In this document: positions 38,201 to 51,600 of the stretch, piece after piece
How positions within the stretch are numbered: the first letter of the stretch is position 1
Layout of the letters: each line of letters starts with the position of its first letter
The notes under the pieces: generated by a model
Databases searched by the model: none
What the model saw: only the letters and a program-made list of their open reading frames with translations
Told to the model about the DNA's origin: nothing
Translations under genes and position numbers: made by a program
Assembly: GCF_964355755.1 (NCBI RefSeq)
Contig: NC_092671.1
Coordinates: forward strand, 35,164,304 to 35,228,303
Length of the DNA stretch: 64,000 nucleotides
Direction of reading: 5' to 3'
Source: Antedon mediterranea
Lineage: Eukaryota > Animalia > Echinodermata

Positions 38201-40970
38201 ACAATATTATAATTTGATTGTTTCAAGTCTGATTTGGATTGCTTCAAGTCCGATTTCTGATTTGGATTGTTTTGAGTCTGATTTGGATTGCTTCAAGTCT
38301 GATTTGGATTGCTTCAAGTCCGATTTGGATTGCTTCAAGTCTGATTTGGATTGCTTCAAGTCTGATTTGGATTGCTTCAAGTCTGATTTGGATTGCTTCA
38401 AGTCTGATTTGGATTGCTTCAAGTCTGATTTGGATTGCTTCAAGTCTGTTTTGGATTGCTTCAAGTCTGATTTGGATTGCTTCAAGTCTGATTTGATTTG
38501 GATTGCTTCAAGTCTGATTTGGATATTTTCAAGTCTGATTTGGATTGTTTCAAGTCTGATTTGGATTGTTTCAAGTCTGATTTGGATTGTTTCAAGTCTG
38601 ATTTGGATTGCTTCAAGTCTGATTTGGATTGCTTCAAGTCTGATTTGGATTGCTTCAAGTCTGATTTGGATTGCTTCAAGTCTGTTTTTGATTGCTTCAA
38701 GTCTGATTTGGATTGCTTCAAGTCTGATTTGGATTGCTTCAAGTCTGATTAGGATTGCTTCAAGTCTGATTAGGATTGCTTCAAGTCTGATTTGGATTGC
38801 TTCAAGTCTGATTTGGATTGCTTCAAGTCTGATTTGATTTGGATTGCTTCAAGTCTGATTTGGATATTTTCAAGTCTGATTTGGATTGTTTCAAGTCTGA
38901 TTTGGATTGTTTCAAGTCTGATTTGGATTGTTTCAAGTCTGATTTGGATTGCTTCAAGTCTGATTTGGATTGCTTCAAGTCTGATTTGGATTGCTTCAAG
39001 TCTGATTTGGATTGCTTTAAGTCTAATTTTCAATGCATCAAGTCTGATTTTCAATGCATCAAGTCTGATTTGGGTTGCCTCAAGTCTATTTTTCAATATA
39101 TCAAGTCTAATTTTTATGGCATAGGGTTTTGCATACTTTACAATAAATTATGTTTTATCTTGTTTCACATCACAGCTCCAATTGTTTTTGTGTTTTTTTT
39201 TAATTTCAATTTTTTTAATTTATTAGGGAGGGTTGTGACCAGTTATTTGATCTGCTAGCAAGCAATAGTGTACCTTTACTGGTGTTTTCAGCTGGTATAG
39301 CAGACATTTTGCATGAAGTCATTAAAGAACGAGCTACAATGCATGACAACATGTCAATTATGTCTAACCAAATGGAATTCAATGCTGACGTAAGTAACAT
39401 TTTTTTTATTTATATCCAGTATTTCATTTCATAAATTACATTGCTCGGTTACATTACAAATTAATAAAATAAAGTAGTAATAATAATAAGTACATTTCAT
39501 TGCCAGCTTGCTTGTTTCTTGTTCCAATCCATGTGTCTTTAATTCCATTCAATGATCTTTCCTATAATATTTTCAACCACCACTATAGTACACCTCAGAA
39601 CAAGCCTCTAGTTCAATTCAAATAAACGTTACTCTAAGCCCAGGGAGAGTTTAAGCTGTCTGTGGTAATGGTGAAATATCTCTACAGTAGTGGATAGTGA
39701 TTGTAGCAAGCCTGTAATCAGGATTGTTACAACATAGGAAAAGTCTGAGTGTGGACTAGATGTGGTGTCTGCTGGCTAGGTATTAAGAATGGCCAGAAAA
39801 TTACCATGGCCTATTATTCTACTGTAGCACTTTTGCAGGTCTCCAGGTCAATTCAGGAAAAGGGCTAGGTTTCTTCGAGGATATTAATTATTTAATTAAC
39901 TTTATTTAATCTGTATTTTAATTTTTGTCGACAGGGAAGGTTAGTAGGTTTCAAGGGAAAATTGATACACACGTACAATAAAAGAGAGATGGCCAAAATT
40001 AATCAAGATTACTTTGATCGTAATAAAAACCGAACAAATGTTTTGTTGATGGGCGACACAATCGGTGACCTCCAGATGGCAGAGGGCCTCAATCCAGCTG
40101 ATAATGTCCTTAAAATTGGCTTCCTGAATAGTCATGTAAGTTGATTTTCACTGATTTTCATAATAGTTAGTTTCATTTTATGAATATTAAGGGAACTCCA
40201 TTCATAGTTTTAAAAACAGAATTAATGATAGTTGTAATAATAATAAATGAAAGCTTATATAGTGCTGGTACCCATGTGAAGCTCATGGCGCTTTATGCAT
40301 TAACAAGGTGCGAGTACATCGGCGAATAGCGCCATCTTAAAAATTGGTCTTGAAACTGTTGAGACTAGTGGAGCTTTTAACTGGCTTAAATAAAACTACA
40401 TTCAGGAATATACTTCCACAATCCAACATTCTTTATTATTGGTGCAAAGTAATATTTTTGGTTGTGATTGTTGAAGATTTTCTGGTTAAAGTTGTTTTCT
40501 TTGTATTTTACTGTTGATGCATGATGCACTGAAATGAAAGATATTAATGAATAGTTGTATACATTATAATGAATGGAGAGAATATTTTCATAAGTTGAAT
40601 AATTAGCTGTTCTAAAAATTGGCTATTCATATAGATAGATCAGTCAGGCTTTGAATTTAAAAAAATGCAATGAATACAAATAAATATTTTCCATATTCAA
40701 TGAATACAAAACATTGTATTAATATAAACACTCCTACTTTTTTACAAAGAAACTTTTATTCAATTAATCCGTCACTTTCAATCGAAACAGATCATGTCAA
40801 AGGCTAGGCAATTTAAAAAAAGGAAAAACAAAATTTTTTTATACTAAAAAAAAAACTGTTTTTTTTTTCAGTTTGAAAACCTTGAGGTGTACAAGAGTAA
40901 ATATGACATTGTTATCATGGATGATAGTAGTATGGACGTAGCTAATGCAATTCTCAACAAAGTCATGTGA
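35237..40970 (+). CDS. NT5C3: Cytosolic 5'-nucleotidase III (pyrimidine 5'-nucleotidase family, HAD superfamily), 326 aa
   Basis: join(35237..35362,35857..35955,36391..36460,37459..37591,38068..38157,39227..39389,39935..40135,40872..40970) = 981 nt, open. HAD motif I VISDFDRT, plus FSAGI, LIHTYNK, LMGDTIGDLQMA and LKIGFLN. Exon 1 encodes a hydrophobic segment followed by basic residues ending LIEM, as in the long NT5C3A isoform. Confidence 0.93.
38213..39110. repeat. 21-bp minisatellite (GATTTGGATTGCTTCAAGTCT), about 42 copies, in NT5C3 intron 5
   Basis: Directly visible; a variant block recurs at 38490 and 38831 (higher-order period about 341 bp). Confidence 0.97.
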
Positions 40971-41012
40971 TCAAAGTCATGTGACCAATAAATCATGAAC
41001 AGTATTATAATA

Positions 41013-41196
41013 CAGTCAACTCTCCCAATACCGGACACCTTTGAGCTGGCCAAATATGTCTGGTTTTCTGGAAAGTTTGGTAATGGGAATGTTTTTAATG
41101 GTCAAAATGAATTTGGGACTGTGTGGACTTCAAGAAAAGTGTGGCATTGGGAGAGTTTCTGGTTTTCAGAGAGTCTGGTATTGGGAGAGTTGACTG
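41013..41196. mobile_element. 184-bp MITE of the same family as 12521..13818
   Basis: Same TIR CAGTCAACTCTCCCAATACC and TA TSD; about 40 bp downstream of the NT5C3 stop codon. Confidence 0.85.
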
Positions 41197-41546
41197 TATA
41201 ATATGAATCCATCTACTTCCAAATATATTTCACCAAACCTAATCTATTATATCAATCATTTTATCAATTAAGTTTAATTAACCATATTTTTGGACCGTGG
41301 TATATCTTACTCCAAGTAATCAGTAGGTTTTTTTTTAAATAACGCACTTTTTAAAATTTATTTGCTACAATTTCATACCAGATTGCATGTGTTTTAATGT
41401 TATGATTTTTTATCAGTTTTTCTCATAATTTCATAGCATTATTAATAAATAAGTTTTTAAATTGATGTGTCAGTTATTCCACACCAGATTGCATGAGTTT
41501 ATGAACATTTTTTTTAAAGCAATTTTTCTCAATTTTATAACATTAA

Positions 41547-41932
41547 AGAGTAGCTCCGGGCTTGAAATAAAATAATACAAAAGGTCCTTTTTTTCACAAT
41601 GCTATCTTTGCAGAATAAAGATAGGTAGGGTTGTTATATATATAAATTATAATAATATCAATGGTGTTGGAAATTTTATAATAAACAGAAAAATAGAAAT
41701 TATTATTATTATTATTATTTATTCAGGCAAAAGATACATTTTACAAATTATAATACAAATCAACAAATTAAACAAACACAACGCAAAAGAAAATATAAAA
41801 TCATAGTCACTAGCTGCGAGGAAAGCACAAAAGCAGCCTAAGCCACTGTCACCAATTTGGTGTGTACCTCCAACCTCCAATTTTACTACTACAGATAATA
41901 AACAATAGAAATGTTATCCCCGGAGCTACCCT
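41547..41932. mobile_element. TTAA-target MITE containing a probable LINE 3'-end fragment
   Basis: ttaa|AGAGTAGCTCCGGG...CCCGGAGCTACCCT|ttaa; an internal (TAT)n-tailed insert starts at about 41700. Confidence 0.65.
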
Positions 41933-42653
41933 TTAAGGACAAACATTTATGTTATGTTTAATCATATGTTTTGCTATTTATAGCAGCTGGATATAGATAG
42001 GAGTGTTTGTGAAAGCAAGTTTAATGAGGAATTAAAAGCTTTATTACATTTAGTATGCAACGTTATATTGGCAAAAGTGGGCAATTGTATAAGGTTCATT
42101 TTTTTATGTACTATTAGATTAGTTATATTAATTGTACTGTACTGCGTAACATGCCCTTTTTGGTAGACAATTCAAAGTTAAAGCTGCTATAACCAGATTT
42201 GTGTTGCCTTCGGTACTGTAACTATTAAAAAGTTGTAAAAAATTATAATCTTTTTTTATAAATGGAGTTATGCTTGTAAACCTAAAGGCATATGCCATGT
42301 GGATGCTACTGCACTTTTGCACTATACGATTATCTTTTACAGTTAGGTTACGAGAATTGTACTTTACTCCATGGTTCAAGCAGCATTAATGCTGATCAGT
42401 TAGAGATATTCTCAGTAGGTGCGAAAATGCAGTAGCACGTTTTGGATTTCTGTATTTGTTACTATTTCATAGGCTAGGCAGTACCGAAATCAAGAGAAAT
42501 CATCGACTGCAATTTGGGTTACAATCTGAGGCATGTCACGCAGTACCGTGATGCCAGAGTATACAGTAGTATTCTATCTAGATTTGTGTTGAAACCAAAT
42601 TTTAATTTTCAATGTCAATAACAAATTATCTTGTTTTTTATCTTACTGTTTAA

Positions 42654-42961
42654 AGATGTATTGTCCCCCAAAAACATGAAAAATGAAGATTAATTAAATC
42701 AGACTTTGAATAGGTTATTTTGTAGTTTTAATAAAGTTAATCACTTCCATAGAAAAAAAAATTAAAAAAAATAAAGTTTTCACTTATAAAATGACATAAT
42801 AAATGGTAAAATTCAACCAAAAATCCATTGGCTTGCTATAAAATTCCAGTTTTTCAGGTAAACAATTTTTGGTCAAAGTGGATAATTAATATGTGAAATT
42901 AAAATGGCCTATTCAACAAAAAAATTTTAAATAATTATTTTTTCAGGGGGACAATACATCT
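42654..42961. mobile_element. Kolobok-like MITE family (TIR AGATGTATTGTCCCC, TTAA TSD)
   Basis: Complete copy here; related copies near 14254..15057, 16160..16440, 27970..28140, 45457..45798 and 55584..55860. Confidence 0.8.
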
Positions 42962-45127
42962 TTAATATTCAATGGCAATAACAATATCTTTGACAAATAA
43001 TACATTAAATCTTTAACAAAATTGTGTTTCTGTGATACACACAGATAACAGCAAGTTATAGCTTTGATTGAAATTCTCTCAGTAATGTGTAAAGAAATTT
43101 GATTCCTAATTAAAATATGTATTTAAAAAATATTTTTTTATAAATGGTAAATATTGTTCATTTTGGGGGTGTGTTTTATTTATATATTTTGTTTGTAGTA
43201 TGTATGATGTATTTAGTTTAACCACACAGCATTTACTGACATCTCTCAATTTAATAACTCTAACATTTAAATATTCCTTCAATTTCTTTTTTTTTTTAAG
43301 AACATCCATAACAAACACAGTAAAACCCCCTATTATAGGGGTCACCTATATGATCTTAGGACGTTTCCCCTTAATAGGGATGTCCCCTGAATAGAAGCTG
43401 GCTATGTTAAAAACATATAATTCCTCTTGTACACAAAAAGTTTCCCTTTAATAGGGGGGTCGCAAAGAAGAGGTTCTAATGTACCAATGATTTAATTTAT
43501 TAAATTCTAAATCTGGAGGTGTTCTTTAAAATAACTTTGTATTATATTTTATTTCATATATTTTTGTGAGACATCAACATAATCTTATTATGTTTTACTG
43601 TTCTGGTCATACATTTATCATAAAGTATTTTGTTTAATACAAATAATGTATGATTTGCATTAATTGAATTTGTGATGCCAATATTTGGCTGTCGTTTATG
43701 ACATGTCCATTAAATAAGCATGTGTCATTGTTTGTACATGAAACAAATATATGAATTGTATAGTTTAAATAAATAGAATATTGATGAGGGAAAACAAACA
43801 AATAATTATGTTTTGGAGGCTGTGTGTTGTAGTCCCGGTAGCTAGACGTTGAGGAATAACAATTTCGCGTCTGTGTAGCTTTATTTTCTCTCCTACCAGA
43901 GTTGGACAAAACATATAACACAGGCCATATACATGGCTGCAGTCGCTTGCGCAAATTTAAGTTAGTATTTACCGACCAACATAGTGAGCTGTAGAGTCGC
44001 GTGCAAATAATAATAAGCAACCACCATATTATATGTTATACCAGGTTAAGGCAGAAATCATAAATGTAGCATTTTTTCAGCTGTAGATATCGTGTATAAT
44101 GCAATCAATTCTACATATATACCTTCCAAAATCTAACTGAAAGCAGCCCTCTAATTGTTTCAACTGCTCAACAAAAAACGAGAGAAAGATTTGTTAGTGG
44201 TTACAGTCAAGCACAGGGACTAAATCATGTTTTTATTAAATGTTTATTTTAAACATTTCTAATGTATAGTCCTTCCGTTTGTTTAAGCTCTCTATTTTCA
44301 AATTGATCATTGAATATGGATACCATGGTACAGTATTAGGATGATATAGGCATGGTAAAGTAATTGGAAAACCAGATGATATTAAAGCTGTTATGTCACA
44401 CTCTACAGCAAAATCAGTTCCATGGCACTTAACATTTAACAAAGTACAATTACTGTTGGTATTTGTCGCAGCATATACGATAAAAGGAGTAGCTTGGAAA
44501 GGCGAGCACAGTGTGCCCTGTTAGAGTGCAAGCAAAAGAGGTGTGTGATTGACCAATGGTGTGTCGGCAGAAAGTGTACGAAAAGGAGAAGAAAAAACTG
44601 AAATTATTGGCTACTTTCATTAAATTTTGAATCATAATATGATTCAAACGTGCATACATATACAATATTGTATTACACACATTTCTATTTGTAGTAGAAT
44701 TCATTGACATGATCTACAATATTAGTAACCATTTTGATTTTTACTGTTTTATCACTTCTTGATATAGATTGTGTTGTATTTTTTTTATATATCTAGTGGG
44801 TATTTATTTGATAATACATGTTACCATATTTTTTTCTAAAAAATAAACGCCTCCCCCAAATAAACGCCTCGATATTAAATACGGTTAGGTAAGTATTCAG
44901 TAGTGCAGTCTAGAAATCCATTGGACACCCAAAATTTAAATATTCATATTAGAAAATTAATATTTATATCCAGGGTTGTTTCAGCGTTACTGAAGCGTAT
45001 CATCTTGGTTTGAAGCATGGATTAAAGAATATTCTTTAATCCATGGTTGAAGTTTGGTTGAGAAATTTTTTGCACGACGTGGCCGGCCTCCTGTGTCTTG
45101 AAAGAACTTTACTAAGAAACTGCAATT

Positions 45128-48100
45128 ATGTGGAAGAAGTTACTTTTCATTGTTTTTTTAGCCATATTTGCACGACACATCTTTTTAATAGCGTAAGAAC
45201 TCACTTTCTGTTACTCGTAAATGTTAAAACTACCTAGACTTTTAGACTAGCCTAGGCCTAGGCATCCAACTAGGGCTAGCCTAGGCCACCACTGCACTGT
45301 CTGCTTAGAGTGTATAGGCCCACCCAGCCATAACTGAACTGGTGGAAGGTAGCGCTTCTGCTCAAAGTCCATATCATCCGTCAGGCAGTATGGCCATATA
45401 TCATTCAGTCAAAGACCAATGAAAACGGATGCTTTCCGTGGTAAATCAGAATTTAAAGATTTGTCCCCCTTAAAAAAAAAAATGTTTTAATATTTTGTGG
45501 AATATGCCATTTTAATGTCACATAGTGGTTTTTTACTTTGGCCAAATATTGGATCGAAAAAAAATTATTTACCTAAATAAATAAAAAAAAAGACAAAATA
45601 GCCAAATTGGCTGCCAGCCAATGGTTTTTTGGTTGCATTTAACCGTTTAATTATTTTGTCTTTTTATAAGTGAAATAACAATTCTTTTTTTTCTACAGAA
45701 GTGAATAACTTTATTAAAACTGAAAAATGGCCTATTCAAAATCTGATTTTGTTATTTATTAATCTTTATATTTCATGTTTGTGGGGGACAATACATCTTT
45801 AATGATTTTTACCAAAATACCAAATCACATTCTTAATAAAAATCTGACTTTTGCTTTTGAAATTCTTTTTTAGACAAATCATGGGTATATTTAAAACTAT
45901 CCACAATCATAAACCAGGTCCTTGCAGAGTAGTACCAGGTATAGGTAAGTTCAATACTGCATCTCTCTTACAGGGTGTATCATAGAGACCTGGTTTAGGA
46001 ATCCTAAATGGTCCTCCAACGCTGGAGGTCTCGGGCTTTTTCGACATATTATTCTATTGGCTGTTTTTTCCTTTGGGCACCTACTCAGAGACCCCATAAG
46101 CTCTGGGGCCCCTGGGTTTAGCCAGTGAGCGCTCATAGCTACTGCTCTCTTAAAAATTCTTCAGTTAATAATACCATGGAGGTTGGCTAGTTGAATCTCC
46201 TTCTTTTTTATACCTCCATGATAATACAGAACTATCAGGATACATTGTACCTACAGGGCGTAATCTAGTTGCCATCTGGGTGATGAGAAATTTGTAAATG
46301 CGAAACTACAGTATTGCATTACAAGGCTTATAATATTCTTTTGAAAAAAATGACACGTACGATGTCTGGAAATTGCATTATTGTTAACCATACAGCAAAA
46401 CATCATTTACAATTATAAATTTTTGGTTTTTATTTTTACATTCTAGTTAATGGTTCTGAAGACATCTATGTGCTGCCAAATGGACTGGCATTCATCAGTT
46501 CGGTAATAACATTTTCTCAAATAAATCAAAATTATATTTTTAATATTATAATATAGATTAGAATGGCAAAATGATTGCATTATTACGCTTGAGGGCTATA
46601 TACTTTCATGCCAGCAATCAAAACAATATGTACGCACTCATCTAACAGTGTCCCTTTGAATGATGCAGGCACGCGCGCATATCTGGGCTGTATCATGTTA
46701 CATCCAGGGACCTTAATGCGTAGTTATTTTTCAGACGGTAGTATTAGAACTTTTACCAAGTGTACACATGCTTTTACTGTTGTGATTGTTGGAAATGTAT
46801 TGTTTACAGTAATACCCGCTGTTAAACATTGTTTAAGCATACACGCATGTTTGCTCCGTTGGTTACATTTTGAGGGCTATACACTTCACTGGCATTACAG
46901 CTAACCATCTAAACAAAGGTACTGTACACACTAAGCAAAAAGATGTGAATTATGTTGATGATCTAGTTTACGAATTTTTCAGTTTTACGAATAACCCTTA
47001 ATACCGTAGAGTACGTTAAATAGACGTTTCACTTTCAGGGGCGGACCACCCCCCTTTTGTAATATATATATATATATATTATGCACCCATTTACATACGA
47101 TTTTATCAACGATTTTACAGGAAAAGGGGGCACAAATCAACATTAAAAATCGTTAAAATCTACAAATTTTTTTTAAGTTGAACCAAGTTCAACTTCAACG
47201 TTATGATCGGTTAAACTGACTGACCAATCAAATAGTTCATAAATTACGTCATCATTGTTTGTGAAAAAATATGTACGCGCTGACAATTCTTGATTGACCG
47301 GCCTTGGCTTTGCAAAATCTCGCGTCCATGTGTCCCAGCAACGTCGAAAGAACCAAGAAACCATTAACGATCGTAAAAAATGTGTAAAAATTCGCAATGG
47401 GAAAACAGGCTTTAGGCGCAAAAACAAAAACAGTTCCGTATAGGCTATTAAATATGGTCTATAAAACCCACTATATTCAGATAATTATATGACAAGAATC
47501 GACTGGCCAAAACGCCTCAGATGCTATCTCTGTACGTCTCCCTCTCCCTCTTGATCAAAATCCTAAATCCGCCCCTGCTTTATCAATATTGTTATGGTTA
47601 TAATTGGAGTGTGTGCACTTCCACTTGACAGCTAAAATAAAATTATGAACTACTATTTGCTGTCTATTTTTGACAGACCTTTTAATATATATTGTTAGCC
47701 CTCCACCGTTAAATAATCCAACATCCGCCTCTTGTATCACAATGCAATAAATGCATAGGACTCTGCAATCACAAATTATTTCAATTTCAAGTAATAGTTT
47801 TTGTTATAGGGTATTTCACTGGACCATTATACAAAAGGGAATGATCCTAGAATACGCCAGTTTGAAGGAGGCATTTACCGATTTGATTTTAACAAACCAG
47901 ACGAAGAAGCAAAGCTTATACCAATAGAGGGCGATGTTCTTAAAAATAATGGCTTAAGACCGCATGGCCTTGATGTATGGCAAGACGGAAAAACAGGTTT
48001 TTTGATGTTTGTTTTTCAATTTCACCACAAATATTTGCTATATGACTTCTCTAAGCCTGTTGGAGGAATTTATAAGGTTCAACCGCCTATTACAATTTAT

Positions 48101-50795
48101 ATACCAGCAACCACCCTCACACGAGCAGATGTATAAAGACTAAAGAAGACTTGATAGATGTTATACATTAAAATAAAATTTCATAGAAAATATTTATTAA
48201 AAAACTATCACACCTAGAAAAATTTAGTTTACCACCATGCTAAATTAGTTCACAAACATTACCAGCGTTATATGAATACCCCGTTATATACATCCCGACT
48301 TATGCACTGTGCCCTACCACATTACTTTTACAGGGAAAACTTATTCTTGTGATATATATTCTTTGGTTTTATTCATCTTTTTCAGGGAAGGTACGTCTGT
48401 TTGTTGTGAATCATTATCCACCTGTGGATGTAATAGAAGTGTTTGATTTTGATCAAGAAAGGATGGTTTTGAAACATTATAAAACCATTCAAGACAAGCT
48501 GTTTTACAGGTAAATTGTTGGCCCATCAGGGTGGCATTAAAAAGGGGCAATTGGTATACTATTGACTGCTTTAGCCATTTTGGTGGAGACCTAAAACCAT
48601 AAAAATAGATCATCAAAAATACTTTGTTAACATTTTACCCATTTTGGCAAAAAAAATCTGGGAAAAAATTCCCATTTCCTCATGTTTTTTTTGTTAAATG
48701 CATTGTTTAATTAAAGATAAGCTGCAATTTTCGGCAACTAGTCTTTTTCCACCAGGACTGTACCTACATTTATATCTGTATGGATGGTAGACACTGTACA
48801 AAATGACTGGATGATGGAGACTAAAGAATCCTTAACTGAATTATGTAACAACAATAGCTGATGTATGTTTTTACTATTTTGAGTTAGTTATAGACCGATC
48901 CATTTGGCTAAAATAAAATTGGAATTGAGTCATTTTATTATGATGGACATAATGGACAAAAAAATCTTTTGAGCTTATCAAATTGTTTGAACGTTAGCAT
49001 GGCGAAATCAAATGTTGAAATAAAGTTTGTGGTATATTAGTTCTGAAAAGAACAGTTGAGTTTCTCAATTTTTGATCAATGCTTTGATTGTCCTCATGAT
49101 TGTCGCATAATAAACAAAATGTTGTCGAATCACATAAAAATAATATTTAATAATATCAATTTTAATATTTCATATTATATAGTGAAATGCAGCTTTACTT
49201 TGTTTTTTTTTAACAGCGTTAATGATGTAGCAGCTACCGGGCCTGATAGCTTTTATTTCACCAATGACGGGTACCACCATGGTATAAAGCGTGTATTTGA
49301 AGGCCTGTTGATGAGAGCATGGTCTAACATTGGATACTATGATGGTAAAGAAGCAAAGATCATTATGGACCGTGGCCATGAATTTAATGGAATCAACATG
49401 TCACCAGATAAAAAGTAATTTATTCAAAAATATAGTTGTCCCTACTATAATGCAAATGCAAAATTTTCCAAAATTGTTTTACTCAAAAGACGCTATGCTA
49501 TTTATTTCGCATTTTCTTTTATTATATTATAGAATAGTGTATGTGAATGAAGTTTTTGCCGGTGGGGCAATGCATATATTGCAACGAGAGTCAGATAATT
49601 CTCTGTCTTTGATTGAAGTAAGCACATTGGTCATATGACCCTGCAGTGTAACTGGACTTAATTGCACATATGTGTGAACTGCACATATGTGTTGATGACA
49701 ATATGTACTACTTTCATCTCCCCTAAGGATCTCTTTGTGTCAAGCAGCTAACAAACAATGATAATTCGTCTGTCCAAAAAAACAGCGGCTGACATAGGCC
49801 AGTACACTGTGGTAACCTCTACTACTACAAGGTGCGTTTTCCAGTGCACACAACCTACTTATTTGTTTTATGGTCAGATGTGCAGATTTTATGACCACGA
49901 TTTACCCATGCCTTAATGCTCGGCCAAACATTTTATTTCAATATCTTTTGAATTTGGTCATATGTTTTATTTAAATTTGTAATATTTTTTTTTCAGAGTA
50001 TGAAGTTTGACAGTCTTTGTGACAATGTGTTTGTTGATGACGGTGGTGACATTTGGCAAGGTTGTCAGCCAATTGGTCACATGTTTACTTCACATGCACA
50101 GAACTTGTCATTACCATCTCCGTCTGAGGTAAGTGACTTCCGACAACATTTGCAAACTCCTATCGAAAACTTATTTGGTTAGTTTAACAAGTGAAATTTG
50201 CTGGTGAATTATTTTTATATTTATTATTTATTTATACTGGGTATCTTCTCCCAGAGGCCCCCTGATAAGTGACGGTGTGCAACAGTGGCTGAGTTTACTA
50301 GTACACCGGGGTAACCCCCTACTCGTCTCGAAAAATGTACTAGGTTCTTTAAAGTGTACATGAGCTAGATGTGTACACTGGACCTACGGTTTATAGTCCT
50401 TATCCGAAAAGACTTGTTCTACCACCAGAACCATGGCTACGTAATTACGGTTCCACTGTCATAACCGCTCAGCCATTCACCCGATGTAGGTCCAATGTGA
50501 AAGTTCTAGTTGAGCACTACTATGAGTATGTATGCACTAGGCTAGGCCCTAAAAACTTGTAAAATAAACACTACGCTAGGCTTAACAACTTGTAAAATAA
50601 TTACATTTGTTAATTTTTCAGGTAATAAATGTAAAGTTTTTAGACAAGAGCAGAAAACGTTACGAGATCAGTGAAGTGCTTAGCAACGATGGAAGCCTGG
50701 TGTCAGGATCGTCGGTGGCAGCATACTATAAAGGCGCTATGTTGATAGGCACAGTTTTAGACAAAATGGCGTATTGCAAAATTGTGGCATTTTAA
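45128..50795 (+). CDS. Paraoxonase/arylesterase (PON family), copy 1, 363 aa
   Basis: join(45128..45192,45874..45944,46447..46502,47810..47996,48386..48509,49217..49414,49533..49617,49997..50128,50622..50795) = 1092 nt, open, 9 exons. N-terminal hydrophobic helix MWKKLLFIVFLAIFA; motifs GSEDIYVLPNGLAFISSG, RPHG, LFVVNH, SVNDV, FYFTND, FNGINMSPD, CDN, GSSVAAYYKGAMLIGTV. Confidence 0.93.
50232..50478 (-). mobile_element. tRNA-derived SINE, same family as 59803..60124, internally deleted
   Basis: Reverse complement shares the A box and GGATAAGGACTATAAACCGTAGGTCC with the + copy. Confidence 0.8.
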
Positions 50796-50971
50796 TCTTA
50801 TCTTAACAAAAACACTTAGGCTTTCACAATACTACAGTACTATAGAATGGTTTTTCCTCACATTTAATCATATTTAAATTGTCAACAAATAATAATGTAC
50901 TTAAAACAGATGCTTAAATGTCTTTACATTAAAAATTATTTGTACTGATATTAATTCTAAAAGACTTAAAA

Positions 50972-51600
50972 GTCTGTTAGCAGGATTACTCAAAAGTAAT
51001 TACAAGATCTTTACCAAAATGAATGTACAGATAGATATGTGGTCAAGGACCATTCCATTAAATTTTGGGACCATTTCGTACCACGGTCCCAATTCTGGAC
51101 CACTTTTTAGTATACTTTTTCAGACCTGCTAGTGTTAAAAGATAGGACAGAATTTTTCAAAAGCCGGCAAGCAGTCTTACAGTAACAAGTAAACTGAAAT
51201 TGCATTTTCTCGAAAACTACTTGTCCAAAAAACTTCATTTTTGTACAAGAGGCAAGAGTTATAATTTGTGATTTGTAATTTTGAAACATAATTTGATTTA
51301 ATTTGCACCTTTTTTGATGCGAGTAGTTTTAAAAACCTTTTTCTTTTCAAATTCACTCGTTTGATTTTCGCGTTTCTGTTCTATTGTTAGTCAACTGAAG
51401 CTATTGTTAATTGAAAGGATTGTTACATTACCATTACAACAAACTTGCATACACATGCTTGTAGTGAAATTAGCCTAAATCACAAACAGCATTAAGACAC
51501 GCACACATATTATATATATAATTTTTTTTTACCGGAGAAATCTTATGTAGGAGAATTTTACAGTAGGCGGAGGTATCCAATCTCGGAGTGGCTTTCTAGT
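50972..51600 (+). mobile_element. Second, 5'-truncated Helentron-like element just downstream of the PON copy 1 stop codon
   Basis: Highly similar to 14547..15028 over about 480 bp; same GGCGGAGGTA...CTAGT end. Confidence 0.75.

Noticed and set aside
38160-39258. SDLDCFK / SSLIWIA repeat ORFs, or a CRISPR array
   Set aside because: This is a 21-bp tandem repeat without unique spacers, in a eukaryotic intron.
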